This document shows positions 36,466 to 46,760 of a stretch of DNA of 64,000 nucleotides, piece after piece; positions within the stretch are counted from its first letter, which is position 1, and every line of letters begins with the position of its first letter. A program made the position numbers and the translations under genes. Below the pieces are notes generated by a model. That model saw only the letters and a list, made by a program, of their open reading frames with translations. It made no database searches and was not told the origin of the DNA. This DNA comes from Eledone cirrhosa (taxonomy: Eukaryota), in the NCBI GenBank assembly GCA_964016885.1, contig OZ024740.1, positions 285,448,001 to 285,512,000 on the forward strand, written 5' to 3'.

Positions 36466-36959
36466 ATTTACTGAAAGGAAACTAGTTGGATTTGACCCAT
36501 GTTTGTTGAGTGTTTTGGTTTCCCCGCTTATCAAAAAAAATTTACTAACAGGATATGAACTGCTTTCTTATATCATTCTGGAAACTTATGTAATCTTGTA
36601 CAAGGAGGAGAGTAGGAGCAGTAGCTATAGCCCTAAATTGGCTGATAGAGAGAGATAGCAAGGTGAGTTTAATGTAGCACTCAGGTTGGACTCTTCTTTG
36701 TTAGTGGTTAGAAGATAAGCAGGATTAGAGAAAGAAAACCAAAGTGTTTTATTATCAATAAAAAAAGAATTAGACAAAGTGTTTAATAGAGGTTTCTTTG
36801 TAGCAAAATGCCCTAGAGAGAATGGAAAAAGAGAGAAACATGGACATCAAGTGAATTTGGGGGCAGTATACAGTGAACATATTCAGAGGAGCAACATATA
36901 GTAATGGTAGAAGAGACAACGTGGGTCAAATGTAGAGCTTTGCTTAGTGGGCACACTAT

Positions 36960-37395
36960 TTTTCTTCTTTGTCCACTTATTCCCGAGAGAGTCGTGGGGA
37001 CAAAGTCCTAAAACACTCCTGCCAGTGGGTCCTGTCAGAAGCAACAGTAGCCAACTGATCCAGCTGGATCCCCAAATGTGACCAGCAAGCTCATAGATGT
37101 TATCCACCCATCTTGCTAGGGTCTGCTTCTGGGTCTCCTGCCAGTTGGTTTTGCCCATAAAATCTGTCCAGCGATTCTTTCCTGAAACATTCTAACCACA
37201 TGCCCATAGTATCGGAGCTGTGATCTCTCAATTCGGAGAAGTAGCGGCTCTACTAGTAGCACTCTATCAAATAACATTACTCCAAAGACCTTTCAGAGGA
37301 ACCCTATTTCAACCGCTTGTATTCACGATCGTATTCTTTTGGTCATTGCCCAGATTCATGACTATAGGTAAAGGTTGGCACGAATACCGAAATTG
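36960..37395 (-). mobile_element. Expander/Rex3-like RTE 3' fragment
   Basis: Homologous to 15005-15390 over its length (ttgtccacttattcc.gagag...gggtcctgtcagaagcaac). Confidence 0.8.
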
Positions 37396-37719
37396 TCAAA
37401 TAATAATACTATGTATTCGTAAGTGAATAATAATAATATATTATTATTAATTTTCGGCAAAGCCGGCCATAAAATTGCTCAGTATGGAAATGAGGCTAAT
37501 CAGCTGATGTATAAATTTGAGAATACTATATACTCTCAGCAGTTCCAGTGAGTAGCAGTGAGCAGAATACATAGTCTTGATAAGGAGCAAAACACTCCAA
37601 AACAATTGGAACAAAATGGTGACGTTGTCATCTAACTCATGGCGTTTATGAGGCTGTTTGCTTGCAAACAGATCAAATATTAATGATATATTATTATTAT
37701 TATTATTCACTTTTGCCAT

Positions 37720-37850
37720 TCTGAGTTCAAATCCCGCCGAGGTTAACTTTGCCTTTCATCCTTACGGTGTCGATAAAATAAAGTACCAGTAATACACTGG
37801 GTAATTGCTGGCCTTGTGCCTAAAGTAGAAACAATTATTATTATTATTAT
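37720..37850 (+). mobile_element. 5'-truncated young SINE with (TTA)n tail
   Basis: Core and tail as in the other copies. Flanked on both sides by (tta)n-ttcact, a probable TSD. Confidence 0.9.
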
Positions 37851-38933
37851 TCACTCACAAATACATTTAAGTATCCACTACGTTAAGAGCAAAAACAAAT
37901 TTTGTTTTTTAATAATTCTATGTTTAATGTTATATAATAACAGAATTTTGAAATAGTTATTCTGTAATTTCACAATTTTTACAACAGCAACAAAGCAGAT
38001 TCCTCTGTCTTGTAATTTCCAATAACATATTCAACCAATTCACAAACTTGAAGTGTTTGTATGACCAATACTTAATTTCAGTTTCTGTAACATTAAACAA
38101 ATAAGATACGAGTGTTCTTTTGAACAAGTTTCCAATCTACCATATGTACCTATTCCTGAAAGCAAGATGAATTTTAATGCAGACCAAAAGTATCTTTGGG
38201 ACATGATGAAGTATTTGCAAACGATTTTAGATCATAATTTCTGAATTAATAGTTGAATATTTTATTTACTCGGTTATTTTGCCTCTCAAAATACGCACAT
38301 GCGCGCGTACACATACATACACTCTCTCTTTCTCTCTCTCAAGAATTTCTTACTTCATATCACATTCATATATATCACAAGGGGCCATACATACAATATA
38401 CCAGAAAGGACTATACATCTCTCTCTCATAGATGTGTATTGACATGAGATCTCTTTTTCAGTAGAACAGCAAAATGTGTTACTATATATATATACATATA
38501 CAAATGAATATATGAGGGATGAACACCTATACAATTATACATGTGTTCGAATTGCAAATGACCAAGTTAGCTAGGTTGAAAAATACTAATTTAACATAAT
38601 ATGGTTTGCCTGTCTCGATTTAAAATAATAAATCAATAAAAATAACAAACCTATATTGGCAATGGCCGTGATACCCAGACAAATTCTAAATTCGTTTCGC
38701 AACAATTAAGTGAAAGTTACTATTCCTGTGCTCTTCTGCGGGTATCCAGGAAAATTTGTATCTTCCACTTCAAAATACTTAAGAAGACTGAGAAATACGT
38801 GTTGTTGAACGCACATGTGTCACAGCGCCTAACTTGTCTCATACTCGTGCCGTTAAAAATAGCAGTCGGTTTTATGGGACTAAAATTAGCTCAACGTCAA
38901 AAAGACTATTTCAAGTTTATAACTCAATATTTG

Positions 38934-38936
38934 ATA

Positions 38937-39010
<74 letters not shown>
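38934..39010. repeat. (TA)n microsatellite
   Basis: Read directly. Confidence 0.98.
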
Positions 39011-39012
<2 letters not shown>

Positions 39013-39761
39013 ATTGCAGAGAAACCAGTGTGATATATAGAAACAGTTGAAATATCAACACAGATATGCTCAATTTGTCTTGCAAAAGAACTTACAGGAG
39101 TGCTCAAGTCACTGAAATCAACAATAAAAATGGAATTTAAAATTAAATGAGTTGTTATAGTATTTATAGGAATAAATATTTCACAATTATAATGAAAATA
39201 TTTCTTTTGTGCAAAGCAGTGAAAGGGTTCAATAAAAATAGAGCAAATCAAATTAGAGCAATTCAGTTTATACAAAAAAGACTTGACAATAAAATCAAGG
39301 TACAGAATACTGTCTGTCTTCTCCAGAAATAAACTTGTTACTAGAAGTTCGATATTCATAGCAGTATAAGGATATGTGGTGTTTTCTTAAGTAGAAATCT
39401 GAAGAAGTTGTATGGATGTGTATTACAGTTTATATATACCAGGTCACAGAAATCAAGAGTATAAAGAAACGGTTGATAATCAAGGATGCAAATAAATTTG
39501 ATTTGCTTTACAAAAGACATTACAAGACTGATTTAATCAGATATATATGTATATATATATATAGACCATTTAAAAAAATCACTTTGCCAATTAAAGTCTG
39601 TTTCTTTCAAGCAACAATGAATAGAATGTCCTTTTTCAGGATATGTTTCTTTTGTTCATCAAAAAATTAAAAATAATCACAAATCATTTTATCTGGATCT
39701 TTGAAACATTTTGTCTTCTCTACATTTCTGTGAAAAATTTAATTTTGTAACCTTTATTTAA

Positions 39762-39986
39762 CCCTTCAGCATTTAAACTAGCCGTATCCGGCCAGATTTC
39801 TCTCATCTCTTTCTGTTCAAACTGGCTGTAACTGGCTGCTCATATTGATGTTAATGTCTTGTTCTCAAAATAAATAATATCAAAATCTCATAGACTCAAT
39901 ATTATGTGAGGTAATTACATGAGATAAAGACTTTATTTACCACAAAAATCTAATAGTAAATGTTGATTAATGTAAATGTTAAAGGG
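39762..39986 (+). mobile_element. piggyBac-type MITE, copy 1
   Basis: TTAA|cccttcagcattta...taaatgttaaaggg|TTAA. Confidence 0.85.
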
Positions 39987-40131
39987 TTAAATTTTGGTCA
40001 TCTTAAAAACTTAGAAGACATATAAAGGCCGAGACACTTGAGAGGGATTTCTTCTCTGAAGACCTTCTGCTGCCTAGCTCTCCTGAGAGTTTTTTTTACC
40101 ACTGTTTAACACTCAAGTAATGTTTCATTAA

Positions 40132-40341
40132 CCCTTTAGCATTTACATTACTCTATATATACTATTGTATTGTCAAGGTAAAGGCTTTATCTCGCATAAT
40201 ATCGAATCTATGAGATTTTGAGATTTTTTTTTTTTTTTACAACAATACCTCAACATCATAGGAGTGGCCAGTTACTGCCAGTTTGAACAGAAAGAGGTGA
40301 GAGTATTCTGGCCGGATACAGCTGGTTTAAATGCTAAACGG
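40132..40341 (-). mobile_element. piggyBac-type MITE, copy 2, inverted relative to copy 1
   Basis: TTAA|ccctttagcattta...taaatgctaaacgg|TTAA. The internal sequence is the reverse complement of copy 1 (gtatccggccag / ctggccggatac; ctttctgttcaaactggc / gccagtttgaacagaaag). Confidence 0.85.
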
Positions 40342-41015
40342 TTAAATTATAAATTCTTGGCTGTAAGTTTCATTCTGTTTTCTTCTCTGTTCATCTTTAA
40401 AAAATTGATATAAGTCCTGTGGTTTGATTTTATTATAACAAGAAACATTATTCTGAATTGTTTTGTATGTAGCTAACATTTTAAACATAGTTCCTTACAT
40501 TTTAACCTGAAAGATTGGTCTGTTGTTGTTTAGCCCCAGTTCTACCCTGATTGAACTGAGATATGATTAAAGAAGTTCCAGTCGTGACCATCATGCCTCT
40601 TATTTTCAGACAAGGTATACATAAAACTACATTATCCAAAATGTCATACATTATTTAAGAAAACAAGGTATGATTTTAGGGAGATTTGGCTGCTATTTCT
40701 AACCAGTTGAGTGTGCACCCTGAAACATTTCCCTATCCCTCTTTGGCTTGTTGGTCTTTGGATGTGGTTATAAATTTTTGAGAGAGATGTAGCAAAATCA
40801 AAATATAAATCAATACATAATTTTAGTTTATAAACAGAATATATAACATTCAGGGAGACTAAGGTAAAAAACAAGAGAGAGAGAAAGGAGTATATATCTA
40901 CTTATGTAGATAAAGAAAGGAGTAGTAATCTTGAAAAGTATATATCTACATATGGCTCATTTATTAATGTCAAATTGGCAACTGATTGTATTGTTTTGTT
41001 TTTCTCTTTTTCTAG

Positions 41016-41070
41016 CTTTTGACCAATTTTGATGATGTGAAAACCGACGACAAAGCAGAGAAAACAAAAG
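41016..41070 (+). CDS. HSF1: HSF1-like exon H (small exon), 55 nt, phases 0/1
   Basis: tttctctttttctag|CTT TTG ACC...ACA AAA G|gttttc. Encodes LLTNFDDVKTDDKAEKTK(G) and supplies the phase-1 junction exon I needs. The donor is weak and sequence conservation is low. Confidence 0.78.
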
Positions 41071-41339
41071 GTTTTCATTAATTTATAACATCACTACCAT
41101 CATCATCATTTTAGCACTCATTGTCCCTGTGTTTGCACGGATTGGAATTAAATTATTTTTAGGCAGGTTTTGGTAGTAGGGAGGTTTGTTGGTGTTTCAC
41201 AGTTAATTGCATTCAGCTTTTGTGACCGTCACATTTTAAAATGTTAGAGAAATCTTTATTTTCTTGACATGACTTTGGCAATGTAGGCCATAACGACTTA
41301 GGAATAGATAATCAGGTCAGACTTAATATTTCATATATG

Positions 41340-43215
41340 GCATGTTTTGCAACATGAGGACCAAAAACAGGAGGTGTTCAAGATTGCGAGGCAGTGTGTC
41401 AGAGAGAATTGTGATGTCATTGGAGAGAAGTGTATCCGGAATGATAAAGGTGAGCTTTCCCTCATAATTGCTGAGAAGATGCGTGGAAGAGCCATTATGA
41501 AAGATTTCTAAATGAGGAGAATGCATGGGAAGAAGAGACCCTACCCCAAGTAGACCCTATAGAGGGGCCAGCAGTACAAGTCAGCAGCAGCATAGTAAGT
41601 AAGGCAATCAAAGATATGAAGATGGGGAAGGCAACCGGTCCATCGGGTATAGCTGCCGAGATGCTGAAGGCATCTGGGTCTGTAGGTCACACCATAACCA
41701 CACATTGTTAACCAGGTAATACTAGGTGTCATACCAAAGGATTGGTGCAGTAGCATCATTATCAACTGCTTCAAAGGTAAAGGTGATGCACTAGATAGAG
41801 GAAACTATAGAGGTATAAAGCTGATGGACCAAGTCATGAAAGTAACAGAAAGAATTATAGCACAGTTGATTAGGGACCGGGTGAAACTAGATGAGATGCA
41901 ATTTGGGTTTGTGCCAGGAAGAGGCACCACTGATGCCCTCTTCCTTGTGAGGCAGTTACAGGAAAAGTACCTAGCTAAAAGTAAGCTGCTCTACCTGACA
42001 TTTGTCGATCTCGAGAAAGCCTTTGACAGAGTTCCCCGTGCTATAATCTGGTGGGCTCTTAGAAAACTAGGAGTAGATGAATGGCTTGTGAAAGCTGTAC
42101 AAGCCATATATAGGGGAGCAGTCAGCAAAGTTAGGATTAGCAATGAGTATAGCGAGGAATTTAGCGTACAGGTCGGTGTCCACCAGTGAGCCCTCTCCTG
42201 TTCATCATAGTCCTGCAGGCAATAATGGAGGAGTTTAAGACCGGGTGCCCATGGGAACTCCTGTATGCAGATGACCTCACACTTATAGCTGAATCTATGG
42301 TAGAGCTAGAGAAGAAATTCCAAACTTGGAAGCAGGGACTAGAAAGAAAGGGTCTCGAAGTCAACCTGACAAAGACTAAGGTCCTTGTAAATAGACGAGA
42401 AAACAGAACCCAGATCCTCACAGGGAAATGGCCATGCTCAGTATGTAGGAAAGGTGTAGGTAGGAACTCCATTCTCTGCCCCAAATGCAAACAATGGGTA
42501 CACAAGAGATGTAGCGGGATCTCAGGAAGTTTAACTAAGAATGTAGGCTTCACATGTAGCAGGTGTGCTGGGACAGCAAGCAGCAAACAGTCACAGGAAA
42601 CAAGTACCACCAATCTCTGGGAGAGCTCTGTAGAAACAGTAGACAGCTTCTGCTACCTAGGTGACCGAATTAACAGCGGAGGTGGGTGTTCGGAAAGTAC
42701 AATAACTAGGGTAAGAACGGGATGGAAGAAGTTCAGGGAGCTACTGCCACTGCTAGCTGCAAAAGGCTTTTCCCTCAAAATGAAAGGAGAGACTGTATGA
42801 TGCGTGTATACGAATAGCAATGTTGCATTGTAGTGAGACCTGGGCGCTGTCTGTGGAAGACTTGCGTAGATTAGAAAGAAACGAAGCCTGCATGCTTCAA
42901 TGGATGTGTAATAGTAATATACGCGAACGGCAAAGCATAAACGAATTGAGAGAGAGACTGAGCATAAGAGGAATCAAATGCTGTGTGCAGGAGAGGCAGT
43001 TGTGCCGGTATGGACATGTGATACGTATGAAGGATGACAGCTACATAAAAAGGTGCAGAGCACTAGAAGTCAATGGAAACCGCGGAGTGGGGAGACCCAA
43101 GAAGAACTGGGATGAGGTGATAAAAGCCGACCTTACCCAATTACACCTCTCAAAGGCAATGACACACAACCGTGACCTCTGGCGTCACGCAGTAATACAG
43201 AAAACCCCCCTCCCC
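41340..43215 (+). mobile_element. RTE LINE fragment (subfamily A), RT with intact PHD-like finger
   Basis: ORFs 41824-42189, 42186-42800 and 42820-43314 are consecutive frameshifted RT pieces, nearly identical to 828-2575 (-). The 3' UTR is missing. Confidence 0.95.
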
Positions 43216-43582
43216 CACGGGTACATTGTCATTGTATCACCAATGCTGTCTCTGGTGTTGTCATTTTACTGTATTCACAATACCTGCTTACTCCTAAGTG
43301 GACTGGGGCATTAAAAGCTAAGTTTTCCAAAAACGTAGCACCTGTCTAGTGGTAGGCTAACACCCTGTCATCTCAACTAGGCACATTTCCATCATACCAT
43401 TTTGAGTGATTACTAAATTTATTTATAACTATTTTTAATGTAGTTGGCATTGAATTAATGAAGCTGGTTTTCTAATTCAAAAGTGAAAATAATCCTTTCC
43501 TAAACTTTTAACTCTACTCAAAGCACAAATATTCTTCACACTAGAATATCACTCATATATCTTGGATTGTATATGCATTCAT

Positions 43583-45260
43583 GATCATCATCATCATCAT
43601 CGTCATCGTTTAACATCCACGCTTGCATGGGTTTGGACGGGAGTTTTCCCACTTGAGGCAAGATTGGTTGCCTTGCTCGTATAGGACTGTCTGGCGGGTT
43701 TTCTACGGCTGGATGCCCTTCCTAACACCAACCACATTTACAGTGTGGAACTGGGAGGTTTTTACCGTGTTACCTACATGGCCACATTACAGCGTGGACT
43801 GTGTGTTTTTTTGTCGTGACGCCTACACGACCTCATTTATTTCGGACTGGATGTTGTGGTACCAACATAACTTCACATTTAAGGGGGTGAGGTGGGGGTG
43901 TATTTTGTTAGAGGTGCCTACTGACTAGGTTTCGCTTTGTACTTAGGCAAGGCGGGTCTTCTGTATGACTGTGTAGCGCCAAAGATCTCGGTCCAGTGAC
44001 ATTGTCTTGGAGAGGTGTAAATGTGTGAGGTCGGAATTTATCAAGTCGTCCCAGGTTTTTCTGGGTCTGCCTACTCTGTGGCTACCGTCTATTTTTATCG
44101 CCCTGCACTTTTTTATACAGCTGTTGTCTTTCATGCGCATCACGTGTCCGTACCAACGTAGCCTTCTCTCGAGTAAACAACATCTGATCCCTCTTATTCC
44201 TAATTTCTCCCTTAGTTCGTTTATGCTTTGCCGTTCACGTATATTACTATTACACATCTAACGGAGCATGCAAGCTTCGTTTCTCTCCAGTCTGCGTATA
44301 TCCTCTGCACACAATGCCCAGGTCTCACTGCCATGTAACATTGCTGTTCGTATGCAGGCATCATACAGCCTGCCTTTCATTTTTAGAGAGAACCCCTTAG
44401 CGGCCAATAGTGGTATAAGCTCTCTGAACTTTTTCCATCCCGTTCTGACTCTAGCTACTGTACTTTCAGAACACCCTCCCCCACTGCTGATTTTGTCACC
44501 CAGGTAACGGAAGGTGTCCACTATTTCTATAGAACCATCTGTGCAATGGAATGAGCTAGTATTCTGTGGGCACTTGCTGCTACTTATTGCACCAGAGCAC
44601 CGGCCACATATAAAATCTATATTCTTAGTTAGCTTACCTGTGATCCCACTACATCTTTTATGCACCTATACTTTGCGTTTGGGACATAAAATGGAGTTTC
44701 TGTCTACTTTCCTACACACTGAGCATGGCCATTTTCCTTCCTACAAACTAGAACTTTAGTCTTAGACAAGTTAACTTTAAGACCTTTTGATTCTAGGCCA
44801 TGCTTCCATGTTTGAAATTTCTTCTCTAGTTCAGCCATTGATTCAGCTATGAGCGTTAGATCATCTGCATATAGGAGTTCCCATGGGCAGCCGGTCTTGA
44901 ACTCCTCTGTTATAGCCTGAACGGCAATAATAAATAGTAGGGGGCTAAGAACGGAGCCCTGATGAACACCAACTTTTACGGTAAACTCTTCACTATATTC
45001 GTTGTTAATTCTAACCTTGCTGACTGTTTCTTTATACATGGCTTGTATAGCTCTCACAAGCCATTCATCAACACCTAGTTTTCTAAGCGTCCACCAGATA
45101 ATGGAGCAGGGGACTCTGTCAAAGGCTTTCTCCAAGTCAACAAAAGCTAAGTATAGGGGTTTACTTTTAGCTAGGTACTTCTCCTGTAGTTGTCGTACAA
45201 TGAAAAGAGCGTCTGTGGTACTTTTACCTGACACAAACCTGAACTGCATTTCATCTAGAT
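43583..45260 (-). mobile_element. 5'-truncated RTE LINE (subfamily B) with 3' UTR and (GAT)n tail
   Basis: Minus ORFs 44704-45327, 44258-44665 and 43943-44257; highly similar to 34855-36465 (+). Confidence 0.95.
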
Positions 45261-45279
45261 GCATGTGTATTATTAACTG

Positions 45280-45455
45280 GTGGATTGGCAGTATCGGGAG
45301 AGGGTCGGACGCCATGCTTTGCAGCATAGAGTTACGGCGCTTTATGGTCTGAGTTCAAATCACGCCAAGGTTAACTTTGCCTTTCATCCTTATGGGGTCG
45401 ATAAAAATAAAGTACCAGTAATGCACTGGGTAATTGCTGGCCTTGTGCCAAAAGT
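45280..45455 (+). mobile_element. Full-length tRNA-type SINE
   Basis: ggattggcagtatcgggagagggtcggacgcc...ctgagttcaaatcacgcc...gtgccaaaagt. Confidence 0.9.
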
Positions 45456-46545
45456 GAATACACATATGATAGTAAGTGGGATATGTGAATTAGTTCAAAA
45501 GTAAAGGGGCATATTTTCTTTAATTTCATTTTTACTTTTGATAAATTTTATTTTATTGTATTTCATGGGTAAATTGCAATAAATTGTACTATAAATATTA
45601 TTAAATCATAGCCAAATTACTAAGTTTTAAGAAAATATTAGTCACAAAAATTATTCTGTCATAGACCATAGAAAAGTAGCTTACAGGCAGCATATGGACC
45701 ATGGGCCACATGTTTGAGACTCCTGCTGTAAACAATCTCACCTGTCACTCTATTGTCTTCTTTTTCTTCTTTTACCACTTATTCCTGGGAGGGTCATGGC
45801 GTGAGACTCCTCGATAACACTTTCTAGCAGATCCTGTCAGAAGCAACTGATAATGATTTTCTACTAGTAAATTCTAAGCTGCTTTAAGGCAGATGTTATC
45901 TTTTCCTTGTAATGAGATAGCCTTAACAAATAAACAATGTGGCTTTCTTTTTTAATACATGCACACCAAGTTCTTAATATTTATTTATAAGCATTACATT
46001 CAGTTTGGTTGTTTCCTCCTTCAACCAATTCCAGGTGATATTTATCTTCAAGTAAGACAGTAGACATTATTTTTGGCATTTCAAAGGCTAATGATAATTT
46101 TGTTATAAGTTCTGAGATTACTCTCCAGATGTATTTAACATAAATATTAAAGCGTCTTTCTTATGATAAGACTGCCTCCTTTTTCTATCCTTCCTTACAA
46201 AGTTTATGTTAGTCTTTTTGTAGAATTGTCATTGGATTAGTATTTTTGGTGGACTTTTGGCTTCAACTCAAATATCTTTACTTATTCTTGTGAGAAGGCT
46301 TTTTGAGTTACAGTTTTGCTATTGATTAGAATGCTTTGCATATGAACTGTTACGTGTTGTGTGTAAATTTATGCCTGTGAGAACTATGAATGTTTGTATA
46401 AGGGAGCCTCACTCACACCACCATTAATACCTTTGTTGCTCAATTACATGTTCCCTGCTATATGTGTACAACATACACACACTGCTATATTTTCTTGATA
46501 CTTTACCATGGCCTTTACTAAACTCATTGTTTATTTCTATTTCAG

Positions 46546-46760
46546 GTAATGAACTGATTCCATATGCACAAGAAGACATTTCCTCTTGGTTTGTTGATTC
46601 GCCAAATGCTAGTAATGAATTAACTGATGATATCATAGACAATACAATTGATGCCACCTCGTTAGATACTCCTGACTGTAATTATGACAAAGATTTGGAC
46701 TTTCCATCATCCACAGGCAAGCGAAAAAGTAAACGACCAATGCGAATTATTTTTTCATAA
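46546..46760 (+). CDS. HSF1: HSF1-like exon I (last coding exon), phase 1 to stop
   Basis: ttctatttcag|GT AAT GAA CTG ATT CCA TAT...TTT TCA TAA. Encodes (G)NELIPYAQEDISSWFVDSPNASNELTDDIIDNTIDATSLDTPDCNYDKDLDFPSSTGKRKSKRPMRIIFS*. GNELIPY corresponds to HSF1 GKQLVHY. Confidence 0.9.

Noticed and set aside
38799-39359. ORFs with YIYIYI runs (also HTHTHT/LSLSLS ORFs at 54.5, 59-60 and 62.6 kb)
   Set aside because: These are translations of dinucleotide microsatellites.
45280-45365. tRNA gene suggested by A/B-box-like motifs
   Set aside because: No complete cloverleaf; the motif is the head of a multi-copy SINE.
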